A stretch of DNA of 63,943 nucleotides, filler included, from Folioceros fuciformis (taxonomy: Eukaryota), in assembly GCA_049999805.1 (NCBI GenBank). It is 8 parts of 8 records of this genome, joined end to end, with 100 filler letters (N's around TTAATTAATTAA, not from the genome) between each part and the next. Parts side by side here need not be neighbours in the genome. Positions count along the whole stretch, not along the records: positions 40,310 to 48,818 come from JBNGIO010005312.1; positions 48,919 to 57,856 come from JBNGIO010005313.1; 6 more parts are not named here. The stretch is one strand, 5' to 3'. Positions within the stretch are counted from its first letter, which is position 1; every line of letters begins with the position of its first letter. Below the pieces are notes generated by a model. The model saw nothing but the letters and a program-made list of their open reading frames with translations, was not told where the DNA came from and did no database searches. The position numbers and the translations under genes were made by a program. Shown in pieces: positions 45,901 to 57,956 of this stretch.

Positions 45901-48025
45901 GGTGACGCTTCTTACTAGAGCCAATTGTTGTGATGTTGGATCAAGCAGCTTGAATGCTTTCACGTGTTCACTGTAACCAATAAATGTAAAGCAGCGAGAA
46001 CGATTGTCTAACTTCCTTCGCTTCTCTGCAGGGATATAAGCATAGGCCTTGGATCCAAAAATCCTGAGGTGAAGGAGATAGGTTTCTGTTTCCAGACAAG
46101 CTCAAAAGATGTGGCAGAGGCAAGGGAGCTAGCAGGCAATTTGTTCAGTATGTACGTGGAGGTCACTATAGCTTCAGCCCAATGGGAAGAAGGTAAGCCT
46201 GACCATAATAGCATAGTTCGAGTCATACCCATCAGTGTTTGGTTTTTACATTCAGCAACTCCATTCTGCTACTGCGTGTAAGGGACTATTAGTTGATGGA
46301 TAATGCCTTGATCTGCCAGGTAATTGGTGAACGAGTGGTTGACAAACTTTGTCCCATTATCAGATCGAAAAATCTTGAGGAGAAGGCTTGTCTGCCACTG
46401 GACCAGGAGTAACCAATCCTGGAACAACCCAAAAGTTTCATTCTTGCGTTTCATGGGAAAGGTCCATGTATATCGAGTATAATCATCAGTAATTGTCAAG
46501 TAATATTCTGCCCCTCCAAGTGAAGGAACCCGGAGATGGCCAGAGATGTTAGAGTGAACAAGCTCTAAAAGTTGTGAAGATCTGTGAGCAGGGGCAGAAG
46601 GGAAAGGTTGCTCCTTCTGCTTGGCGAGGGCACAGGTCTCACAGAGTGGCAGTTCCTTCAAACCAGTAGGTAAGAGGTAACATAAAAAGGTTTGACTTTG
46701 ACATAGCAGCCATTGTGGTCCTGTTAACATGCCCCAAACGGGCATGCCATAGGACAGATTGCTGCTTGGTAGTAAGGTTGCCTACACTTGCTGAATATGC
46801 CTTGTTCTTGTGACCAGGTAAACAAATGATGTTAAGACGATATAGATCATGATTTGGTATAGCCTTAAAGACACAAGTGGCTGGTGAAGCTTTCCTAAAG
46901 AAACAACAGCAGTTATCGTGAGAGGTGAGCTCAAAAATCTAGAGCTGCAGAAGTCTCCTCAAGGATAGGAGGTTTTTGGCCATGTGTGGCACAAAAAGAA
47001 CGTCTGTGAGAGTCAGTATTGTCTCATCACTCAATCAAAAGTTGCAGCACCCTTGGCCTTGGATCTGCAGACTTGTGGCTTTTTGTTCATCACCTAGGTA
47101 TACCCTGTCAACAGTGGTGGAATACTCTAGGGAACTGAACAAGGATACATCTCTACAGATGTGGGAAGTGGCACCAGAATCCAAGTACCAAGCTGTCTTG
47201 TCTCCAGCAGAGGTAAACGAGCATACTGTAAGAATCTTGACTACTGGCTTACTCGTAGTGCCAGTCTTGTCTTTAATAGTTGTTGTGGCTGCAGATCTGG
47301 GAGGCCTTTGAGGTTCGCGAACTTTCTTCTTTCGACAATCACGAGCCCAATAGCCAGGAATGCCACACCAATTACATGTACTTGTACGCTTGGTTGAATT
47401 GGAATTAGAGGATCCTGCATCATTTTGAGAGCTTTGATTGTGAGGTGTTGTCCTTGGCCTGCCCCTCTGCCATGGTCTACCATGGAAAGCAGTAAGTACT
47501 CTGTCAGCTTTGGACTTGGACCCACACCCTGACATGAGTCTGCTCTGCTCTTCCTGGAATAGGGCACCAATCACCTCGTCTAAGGTGAGAGTTGAAGTTT
47601 TACCAGCAGCCTGAGCCTGCCGGATGGGGACATTATGCGCGGAGACAAAATTCTGATAACTAGGAGGGAGACTTGTCAGGAGCTGTGCAATGACGTCAAC
47701 TTCGTTCATAATAGTTCCAACAATAGCTAGCTGTGCACGAAGATGTCGGAGCTTGCTCGTGTGAGCAAGTACCTTATCTCCTTCCCTCATTTTCAGTCCA
47801 TAGAATTCCTGTCTTAATGCGCATAAGGTAAGAACATTTCTTACTTCGTATTGGTTGGACAATTGTTTCCATATCTCACTTGCTTTTGTGAGATACTCAA
47901 TTGCAAGAATCATGTCTTCTGTAAGACCACCTACTAGGAGCGCAATGGATATACCATTGGCATGAGCCCATCTATCCTTCTCTCCCTTAGTCTTAGAGGG
48001 ATCAAGTTCAGAGATAGTTGTGAAC
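42905..48025 (-). mobile_element. Decayed Copia element (gag-PR-INT-RT-RH, 3' LTR ~42905-43101); 5' end missing
   Basis: Zinc knuckle CNWCGIPGYWARDC, WYLDSGATSH, INT RSDNG, RT YVDD, RH DTDWA and RTKHIEI. A purine tract AAGGGATGG precedes the LTR on the minus strand. Several stops. Confidence 0.93.
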
Positions 48026-48920
48026 CTCCAAAGTTTGGGGTAGTAGTTTGTTTTGGTTGAAAAAGGGTTAATAGTGGTATGGTTTGGTTTTCTTTTTCTA
48101 CTTATTTTTCCTTTTTTTTTCTTTTTTTTCTGGTCATTTTTCCTATTTTTCTTTGTGCTAATTAAGTTAATTAACTAGGAAATAGTTGGTTTGGTTATTA
48201 AAGTGGGTATAGGTCTGGTCCTAGACCTGGGAAAGTTTAGGTCCGGTACCGGGCCATAGGGTTGGGAAAGTTTGAGTCTAGGTCTGGTGATTAGTTTAAT
48301 ATTAATTAAATATGTATAATAATCAAATGATTAAATAATAATAGAATAATATACAATAAATAAAATAATGGTCTGAATATAGGAACGGGAATATGTGGGG
48401 TATGTTAGTGTCAGGGGTTAGGGTCTGACGTCAGGCTGGCTGATTGCCTGGCTGGCTTGAACGGTCATGGAGGTTGTGCCCTAGGTAGGGCTAGAGGTAG
48501 GGGTTGAGGCTGCCCCCCCCCCCTTTCTCCCTTTCTCCTTCCTCCTCCATTCCCTTCTTGTCCTGCTTCCTCTTCTTCCCCTTCCCTCTCCATCTCCTTG
48601 TCCTGCTTCTTCTTTTGGATCCACATTGCAGGTAGACCGGGTGATGGGACTGAGGGCAAACACAGAAGGAGCATGAGGCGAGCTACAGGATTTGGCTGAT
48701 GTAAGGCCAGGCCTGCCTCCGTCTTCTCCCTGATTTCTTTCCCTTTCCCCTCCTACCCTATCCCGATTTCCTCCCCAATCTACAGCCCTGCTGCTAGATC
48801 TGCCTTGCTCCCGCTGCTNNNNNNNNNNNNNNNNNNNNNNNNNNNNNNNNNNNNNNNNNNNNTTAATTAATTAANNNNNNNNNNNNNNNNNNNNNNNNNN
48901 NNNNNNNNNNNNNNNNNNGT

Positions 48921-49880
48921 TATCTATAATGCGACAACAGTGGGGAAGCACAATAGATGACTACTCATCGTTTACAGGAGCTCCGCAGCAGGTTTCCCAC
49001 ACAATTGCCAGAGTCAGCATTGGCTACCACTTTCGCAGCATTGCCTCCATACGTCATGTACATCCAACAAGGCCATATCCATGTTTTGGGACCCATCGAC
49101 GTGCTGATTGCTGGTTGGGAATGCCAAGGGTTCTTGCAAGCAAGCACGTAAGTCGAGATGGAGGACTAGTACACTAGGCTTTTCCAAGACTTGCTCCAAA
49201 TCTTGGCATGGGTGTAGTAGGAGAACCCACGGTGTGGCTACCTTCTCAAGAACACCCCAGTGCAACTTAACAAAAGGGACTATGCCCGTGAGGACATGGT
49301 CGTTGTGCAGCACCATATTGGTGTTCCCTTTCTTATGGATGTTGTCCAAGTGGGGAGGTATGCGCATAGGCTATGCAACTATTGGACCAACCTCATACCT
49401 GGTTCAGTCTTGGAGCTTGCTCTTCGCAACAAGAAGTGGGATCCCACCTTGCAGCTACAAGATGTATTGGACGCAGACCATGAGCCTAGACCCGTGGTTG
49501 CTGAAAGGATTGTTAGAGGAGCATGGTGAAGGAGAGGAGAGAAGAAGAGAGGAGGAGAGGAGAAAGAGAGGTCTCATAGTGTCTCTCACAGCTCTATTGC
49601 AAAGGGAGCTCAAGAGGGTATTTATACCCTCTAGAAGAGCTCGCAAGGAAGCTTCAGAAGAAGCTCACAGGAAGCTTCAGAAGAAGCTCACAGGAAGCTA
49701 TGCAGGAAGCTTCCTAAAGATTAGCTTAAGCTAATCTGAACTAATGATACTTAATTAGACACTAATCTTAGATTAATTACATTAATCTAATTAAACTAAT
49801 CACATTAGTCTAAGCACATTGGGCTTTAATAACCCTACAGTTGCTATTGAGCAACCAATGTAGTCGTGGCCTTTAAACAT
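48921..49880 (+). pseudogene. C5 cytosine DNA methyltransferase pseudogene (retrotransposon-associated type), interrupted by a solo LTR at 49502-49839
   Basis: One frame read through stops gives YL*CD...GPIDVLIAGWECQGF (motif IV), GYLLKNTP (motif VI, ENx) and YAHRLCNYWTN (motif VIII). Confidence 0.8.
49502..49839. mobile_element. Solo LTR with 5-bp TSD GTTGC, same family as LTR 28138-28416
   Basis: TG...CCTACA termini; GTTGC at 49497-49501 and 49840-49844; shares gaggagcatggtgaaggagagg, ggtatttataccctctagaagagctc and attagcttaagctaatct with the 28138 LTR. Confidence 0.93.
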
Positions 49881-49888
49881 CATCTGCA

Positions 49889-50160
49889 ATGGCTGCTCAG
49901 GAAGATGAGGGAGAGCAAATTGACGTAGAAATCAACAATGACAAAGATTCTACCGAGACCAAATCAATGGTCGTCAATAATTTTGGAGACAGCTCCAAGG
50001 AGAAGGATAGATTTAATGGCAAGGACTATGACGTCTGGCGCCTACAAATAAGAGGAGTATTGCGCAACCGTGACCTATGGAACATCGTCAGTGAAGCATT
50101 AGAGCGCTCTGTATGAAGTACTAATGAAAAACGTACCTGGGATGCGAAAGATGAGAGCCC
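49889..50160 (+). mobile_element. Copia gag N-terminal fragment
   Basis: KEKDRFNGKDYDVWRLQIRGVLRNRDLWNIVS...TWDAKD matches the gag starts of the other Copia elements here. Confidence 0.75.
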
Positions 50161-50780
50161 AGGTATGGAGGCAAAACCCCGGGCACTGATTGCCGACGGG
50201 TTCCACCTTTAGTGGCCACACTTATCCCACTGTCATTGAGACATTGGGTTTCGTTCCCACGAAGGAGCGATGGGGTTCCTTGCTGCTGTGGATGGAGGGT
50301 CGGACTTGATCGACTCGATGATAGATTCGAGGGCTCCCCTCCAGCTCCGATCAGGAGTAGGACAGGCCTCGCTGTCCGGCGGTCAGCTGCACCTCTCTCG
50401 GTGCCCACAAACTCACTCCAGTCACTACAACGACCCTAACCTCTTAGATTTGCGACTTCCCTCACTCACTTCACTCACTCTCTCACTCCAACACCAGCAA
50501 CTACCAGCAACCAACAACGACACCACTACCTTCTACACTTCCCTACTGACTCCTCCTACCCGGCAAGAGTCACTAGACTAACCCCAAAGAAAAGGAAGAA
50601 GGGAACACACTCCCCTCTTGGGTATCTCCTCCCCACAACCTTACCAGACGCCATGAGACATGGCCGGCCTACAACACTTGTCCAAAAAGGGAACAAGAGT
50701 GGACAGGTCGAGAGAAAGATACATCCTTTACAATCAAGAGCTAGGGGGCAAGCCCCTTCACCCTGGTCATTACACCTTGT

Positions 50781-50940
50781 GATCCTACCAAACACTATAC
50801 AACCGGCAACACGCTGCCCGCGATCCTACCAGACACTGTACAGCCGGCAACACGCTGCCTGTGATCCTACCAGACATTGTACAGCCGGCAACACGCGGCT
50901 TGCGATCCTACCAGACGTTGCACAGCCGGCAACACACTGC
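50781..50940 (+). repeat. 41-bp tandem repeat x4
   Basis: gatcctaccagacactgtacagccggcaacacgc at 50781, 50822, 50863 and 50904. Confidence 0.9.
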
Positions 50941-51093
50941 AGGTCCTAAACCAAGCAGGGACATACCACAAGAGCTCATGAAGAGAGGACCTCCAAGAGC
51001 TCACGAAGGGATAGACTTACTCCCAAAGTGAATGACTCCCTCCTCCTACAGGCTCACCTGATCTTATAGGAGCCTCTCTCTCTCTTTGACTTC

Positions 51094-54000
51094 TGTTGAG
51101 TTTGTAGGCAGCGGAAGATGAGAGCCGGAGGGCGAGAAGTCTTGGGCATGCAAACTACTCAAAATGATTATTATTAACAACGAACGAAAAAGGTCTTTAA
51201 GTATCGTTTCGCTTCATCAACCACAGAACCCTAACTTATCCAGTTAGTTGACCAGTGTAGGGTTACCCCTTCAGCACTCCCTCTTAACCTAACGGCGTCA
51301 ACTGATTACGGCGTTGGCAAAAGCGGCACCACGTTCCGTTCTGTGAGGAAGCGGAAGCGCCATCGCCCAGCACTGTCGAGCTCCAGGCTCCCAAGATGGG
51401 CAGATCCACGACGGAAACCCTGGCTGTGGCGGCTCTCCTCATCGCGGTAGCTGCACTAAGCATAGGGATCCACCTTTGGACCATGACAACACGCAGTGGT
51501 CTCAAATATGGGGTGGGTACCCACAGCTGTGCACGGCCACCAAAGGAGAAGAAAAACAAGGATAAGGAGAGCAGCGCCGCCATCAGAGGAGAGGAGACAA
51601 GAATATCAGAGCTGGACGCCATTGAGAGTGGAGCAGCTGATCAAATTCGCCGGGTGGGAAAGCAAGCGGTCGGCGGAAATTGCTATAGCCAGGGTCAGGC
51701 GTGCCGAAGATGTCCTCAAGCGTCCTGAGGATACCAGCATTGAGCACGCCCGCGAACTGCTAAGGATGGCCGCCAAGGTCCCCTTGCCAATGGAATTTGT
51801 GCCGGCCACTGTGGGAATGGAAGGAAGTACTGTGGATGCTGGAGTAGAGTGATTGGATCAGGTAAGTGAAGCTTCATCCACCTGCAACAGCAAGGCCAAA
51901 GATAGAGGAGGACTGACGGACTGTGTGGGTAGACTGCAGAGAAAAAACTTGTCTGGAGAAGGAGGCAGCNNNNNNNNNNNNNNNNNNNNNNNNNNNNNNN
52001 NNNNNNNNNNNNNNNNNNNNNNNNNNNNNNNNNNNNNNNNNNNNNNNNNNNNNNNNNNNNNNNNNNNNNATTCAGACTCATCAACTGCACCAAGAGTCAG
52101 GAAACTTGATCGAAATAGGCAGAATAGTCCTGCAGTCCAAGTCCCGTCATATGTGTATGATGTTTAAACTTAGGCAGCGGCTTTGTGAAGATGTCAGAGG
52201 TATTGAGCTCGGTGTCAACATAACCGACTTTCACCATGCCGCGTGCAGATACATCTCGTATATAATGGTGTTGTATCTCAATATGTTTCGTGCGAGCATG
52301 ATACCGAGGGTTGGCAACAAGGTCAAGTGCACCAGTATTGTCGCAGAGAATAAGAGTGGGAGTAAGTTGGGGGTGACCAAGATCAGCCAAGAACTGTCGA
52401 GCCCACTCTGCCTCCTTGGAGGCCTCGGTAAGTGATTTATGTTCAGCCTCTGTCGAGGACAGGGCTATGGTAGTTTGTTTCTTACAGCTCTAGCTAACAG
52501 AAGCATTGGCCAGCAGAAAACAATAAGTAGATAAACTGCGACGGCCATCACTGTCTGAACCCCAATCTGCATCTGTGAAACCAGAAAGATGGAAAGTGCC
52601 TGTGCCGCTCCGTTTGTAGAATAACCCATACTTGTGTGTGCCCTGCAGGTAACGGAAAATACGCTTTACAGCGACCCAGTGGGGGCGTCCAGGGTTTTCC
52701 ATAAACTGGGAAGCAGTGCTGATGGCATACTGAATGTCGGGGCGAGTCCAATTAGCCACAAAAAGTAGGCTACCGACAGCATGCCTGTAAGGTACATCTG
52801 CCATATCCTGTTTAGCTTCACTGGAGGTAGGACATTGAGCAACTGTCAGTTTGATGCCCACAGCTGAGGGGGTAACAGCTGGGCGAGCCTGATCCATCTT
52901 GAACTTATGCAGGATTTCACGGATATATTTATGCTGATGGATAACAAGAAGACCTTCTTCACGAACTCGAAGAATTTGTATCCCTAAGCAAAATTTGAGA
53001 TCGCCGATATCCTTCATTTCGAGCCTGTCGCTAAGCATTTGTTTGACCTCGGCTAATAGCACTTTGCTGTTTGTGACCAGAATGACATCATCGACATATA
53101 AAGCGACTACGACGAAAGAAGTGCCTCTGGTCAACCTGTAAACGTTAGTATCTGCAGCACTCTGAACAAACGACAAGCCCAGCAGGTAAACATGGATCGT
53201 GAAATACCAGACCCTGCCAGACTATTTGAGCCCGTAGATGCATTTCAACAATTTGAGAACTTGTTTGGGATGTTGTTTACTGATATAACCTTCCGGTTGT
53301 TGCATGTACAGTTCTTCATCTAGGGAGCCATAGAGGTATGCTGTATAGACATCCATCTGCCATAAGTCCAAGTCAAACTCGGCAGCGCCAAGAGCATACG
53401 AATTGATTGGGATCGGACAACAGGAGAAAAAGTCTCCTGATAGTCCAGACCCTCTACTTGGGTAAAACCACGGGCCACGAGGGGAGCCTTATACCGGGCA
53501 ATCTTGCCCTCAGCATTCAGTTTATGCTTGAAAACCCATTTACAGGATATGGGTTTGCGGCCGGGTGGCAAGTCGACAAGAGTCCATGTCTTGTTTTTAA
53601 TCAAAGACTGATACTCGTCCTCCACAGCCGCATGCCACTGCTGGCTATCAGGTCCATTATAGGCCTCTGTCAAGGTACGTGGCTCATCTGGTATATCTGC
53701 TGGAGCAGTGTGAGTCGTAGCCGGAGCTGCCCGGTGACGGAAATCAACAGATTGATAACACGGTTCGGCCCACTGCTCAGGTGGTGGTCGGTGGCGTCCG
53801 GAACGGCGGGGAACAACTTCTTCAGGATCACGGACAACTTCTTTAGGGAAGGTAGGTGGTGTCTCAAGAGCCTCCGGTAGTTGTTCATCCAGGGTGAAAC
53901 CAAGGTCTTGCTCATCGAGAGGAGCAACATCAAGAAAATCCTCGCCAGCCTGAGCAGGAGAAAAGGGTGCCTCAAGATGGGCAAAATCCGGTCCCGCCGG

Positions 54001-57000
54001 AAGTTCTAACAGAATCTGTAGGAAGATCAGCAGGCAATTCAGCGTCCTGCATAGCCGCATCCTGGGGTCCGGCTGTCCGTTCAATATCCTGAGGATACAT
54101 GTGATAGGTAACCTGGCCTTCAGGCACAGGATACGTAGAAGCTCCCTCTGTCTCCTCAGGTATAGCCGTAGCTCCCTCTGTCTGTGGAACGTGGGCATGC
54201 AGTGGAGAGTGGGGCTCAATGAAGGTGACACTTCGTGCAAGTGACATCTTCCTTGTAGTCGGGTCATACAACCGATAAGCCTTGGACTGCTCACTATACC
54301 CTACAAAGACTAGGGCTTGAGCTCGGGGATCTAACTTTTGGCGTTTCTTTGCAGGAACAAACGCGTATGCTCGAGAACCAAATACACGTAAGTGCAACAG
54401 GCTTGGCTTCCTTTTATGCAGAACCTTATAGGGAGTTTGATTAGGAACGGAACTCGTGAGAATTCTGTTCACAATATAGGTTGCAGCAGAGATAGCTTCG
54501 GCCCAGTACACCTGAGGAAGACCTGACCAGAGCAACATGCTCCGGGTCATGGCCAGCAGAGACTGATTCTTCCTCTCAGAAACCCCGTTCTGTTGGGGTG
54601 TATACGGAACAGTAAGCTGTCGCTGAATACCCTCCGCAGTGAGATATGCATCAAATGCATCATTAACGAATTCAGTTCCGTTATCTGTACGCAAGTACTT
54701 CAATAACAAACCCGTTTGTTGTTGTACTGCAGGGAGCCATTCCTTGAAGATTTCGAGAACATCGTTCTTTCTCTGCATGGGGAAAGTCCATGTGTAACGG
54801 CTGTAGTCGTCCGTTAAGGTAAGATAGTAGTTGGAACCACCTATGGAGGGCACCTGTATCCTTCCAGAAATGTCTGCATGGACCAGGTCCAGAACATAGG
54901 TAGCTCTGTATGCAGGCGTGGAGGGAAAAGGGCGCTCCTTTTGCTTGGCTATTATGCACGCTTCACAGGACGGCAGATCCTTGAAGCAGCGGGGAAGCGG
55001 TTCCCTAAAACATTGTTTCGCAGACATGTCCAACAATCTCTGTCTGTTGGGATGTCCAAGTCTCGCGTGCCATAACAGAGCCAGCTGTTTGGTGTCCATA
55101 GTAGCTAATCCAGTACTATGTACTGTGGCAGTCTTCACAGGCAAAAGATCAAGGCAATACAAGTCATTATCAAGAAAGCCCTTGAAAATGCAAATGTCAG
55201 GAGTCACCTTCCTGTGGAAGGTGCACGTATCACCAGTGGCCTTCATCTCAAGGGTCCTCAGCTTAAGAAGCTGGCTCATGGACAATAGATTCTTCGCCAT
55301 GGCTGGTACGTACAAAACGCGTTCCAGAGTAAGATCTGAACCGTCCTTCAGTCTGAAAGTAACCTTGCCTTGTCCCTTAACTTGCAGGCTGCTATCAAGC
55401 TGTTTATCTCCGAGGAAGACCTTATCATTCTCACAACATAAGGTCAATGAAATGAAGTGAGTCTTGTTCCGACAAATATGAGCCGTGGCACCTGAATCTA
55501 GGTACCAGCTCTCTGTGCCCAGACAAGAGCTAGTCAAGCAGACTGTAAGTATCTTAACTATGTTTTTAGTATCACTGGATTTTTCCTTAACAACACTAGC
55601 CGAATTTTTGAGAGTTCGCTGCGGCTCACCAGCCCTCTTCTTCTTACACTCACGGGCCCAGTGCCCAGCAATCCCACACCAGTTACAAGTGCCTGTCCGT
55701 TTAGGTGGATTAGCAGGACTTGAATCAGACTTCTGGGTGTTGTGAAGTTTACCCTTGCCTTTGTTGGATGTGTGCCTTGCTGACAGAATCTTATCTCCCT
55801 TGGAGCGTGAGCCCCCAGATGAATGACTCCTGGCTTGTTCTTCCTGAAACAGCGGTCCGATAAGGATGTCAACTGTGTAGGTGGAAGTTCGGCCAGCTGA
55901 GGCAGTCAGGTAGGGAATATTCTGTGTGGTAATGAAGCCTTGATACGAAGGTGGCAACGTTGTAAGGAGGTGAGCAGCTGCATCCAACTCATCCATTTTC
56001 GTACCCATGCTCAAGAGTTGAGATCGGAGTTGACGAAATTTGGTGATGTGAGCAGCCATCTTCTCCCCCTCCCTCATCTTCAACGTGTAGAATTCCTGTC
56101 TTACAGCACAGAGAGACATCAAATTTTTAACTTGGTATGTACTGGCAAGTTGATCCCAAACTTGGTGTGCTCGTGTGTGGAATTCCACTGTAGGAACAAG
56201 GTCTTCATCAAGGCCATTTATAAGAAAAGCGAGGGCGATGGAATTGAGGGACAGCCAGCGCTCTACAGCAAGTGCAGATGGTGGAGGGGTGCTGTTTGGG
56301 TCCGGCTCCGGAACTGACTGGTCCACAACTCCCCAAACTCCTCGGGCTTCGAGAGCTGATCGCATGCGCACCTTCCATACTGGGTACTTGGTGCCATTAA
56401 AACGATCCTTCTCTTTCATGTCCGAGGTAAAGGTGGGGACGGGTGTTGACCGATGCCAAACCGGATGTGCAGGAAGAGGTGGAGGAGGCGGTTGTGGAGG
56501 ATTAGTGCCCATCTGGGGTACTAAGACAAGCGCCTACAACTGAGCGGAAAGTTGATCTACCAAAGAATCTAGAAGGTCAGTGTGAGCTGAACCAGAGTCG
56601 CTACTGTGTGCTGAAGTACCACCGACGTCAGAGGACGCAGAGCTGTCTGACATACGCAAGAACCCCCTCTTAGAGGTTATGACCTAGAGAAGGGCAAAGG
56701 TATGAATGACGCTACTTTGTTTGTTGTGAGTGTGCGCTAACCAGGGGAATCGCAGGGGAGGGAGCTGTCCAGACACACAAGGAGGGCCAGGCAAAGACAG
56801 AAATTGGCTGGCTCGTCGTGTGTGGCTAGACGAGTCCTTTCCCGGTGGTCCTGAAACTGTTAGTTAGGAGCGTCCGCTGGCGTTGGAACACCGCCAACCG
56901 ACAGTGACTCTGTACCTGGTGAGGCGCGGCGTCTCTGACCTCGCTCTCACGCTTTCGGCAACGTGGACGCGCCGCTCGGGCAGGTGTTGGCACAAGCCGA

Positions 57001-57856
57001 AGAGTCGTGGGGGCACACGCGACGCTTCACACCTCGCGGCTCTCAGGCAGCGGAATGTGGGTGATCGGGAAGCACTGAGGCCTGCGAGATGTTGGGTGCA
57101 GCAATCTCTAATCTCAGCAGGTAATCAGTGAGTTCCTTGATCTTCGTTGTCAATTTCTCAATTAGAGCATCAAAGATAGCTCGATTTTGCATATCACTGA
57201 CAAGAATTCTCGTGTGAAGGGATTCTGCGGTGGTAAGAATCTCCTTAAAAGAGGCGTTGAATTGGCTGGAGGCCAAGTTGTGGTGGGGATCTCGAACAGG
57301 GTCTCCACCGTTGGAATATGTCGGGTTCCCAAAATGAACCGTTCTTGGGGATTTGCAGAAAGAACCCGAGGCAGAAGGCGCATTGACTGTGCAAGATTGC
57401 CTTTGCCGCCTCTTCTTCCTTTGGTTCCTAGGGAGTCGATCTCGTCGATAGAATTGCTGAAGCAACTCAGTGCGCTCCCTATCTCGGGACCAATTCGGAT
57501 TGTGGAGGCCTGTCCCACCCGCCAGATGGTATGCCAGGGCGTTGATTTCAGCTGGAACTGTCTTAGGAACTTGAGGTAGGTTGTCGCATTTGTAGAAATG
57601 CGATCCGTGCCCCTGACTGACAGAACCGCCGCGCCAAGGCATACTTAACAACGAGAGAAGAACATCAGAACCTAGAAAACTCTGATACCATGTTGAGTTT
57701 GTAGGCAGCGGAAGATGAGAGCCGGAGGGCGAGAAGTCTTGGGCATGCAAACTACTCAAAATGATTATTATTAACAACGAACGAAGAAGGTCTTTAAGTA
57801 TCGTTTCGGTTCATCAACCACAGAACCCTAACTTATCCAGTTAGTTGACCAGTGTA
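51094..57856 (-). mobile_element. Near full-length young Copia element: 5' LTR 57691-57856 (cut by gap), PBS 57679-57690, extra leader ORF, gag-pol 56512-52097, PPT 51277-51285, 3' LTR 51094-51276
   Basis: The LTRs differ at 2 of 166 comparable bases. Motifs: CNWCGIAGHWAREC, WYLDSGATAH, WHARLGH..CEAC, RTDNGTEF, YVDD, DADW. Frameshifts near 54000 and 53385 and a stop at 52490. Confidence 0.96.
57043..57642 (-). CDS. Extra 199-aa ORF in the Copia leader, upstream of gag
   Basis: ATG 37 nt after the PBS; open frame with basic cluster RNQRKKRRQRQ and heptad-like C-terminal helix IFDALIEKLTTKIKELTDYLLRLE. Confidence 0.6.
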   Translation of the reverse strand: MPWRGGSVSQGHGSHFYKCDNLPQVPKTVPAEINALAYHLAGGTGLHNPNWSRDRERTELLQQFYRRDRLPRNQRKKRRQRQSCTVNAPSASGSFCKSPRTVHFGNPTYSNGGDPVRDPHHNLASSQFNASFKEILTTAESLHTRILVSDMQNRAIFDALIEKLTTKIKELTDYLLRLEIAAPNISQASVLPDHPHSAA

Positions 57857-57956
57857 NNNNNNNNNNNNNNNNNNNNNNNNNNNNNNNNNNNNNNNNNNNN
57901 TTAATTAATTAANNNNNNNNNNNNNNNNNNNNNNNNNNNNNNNNNNNNNNNNNNNN

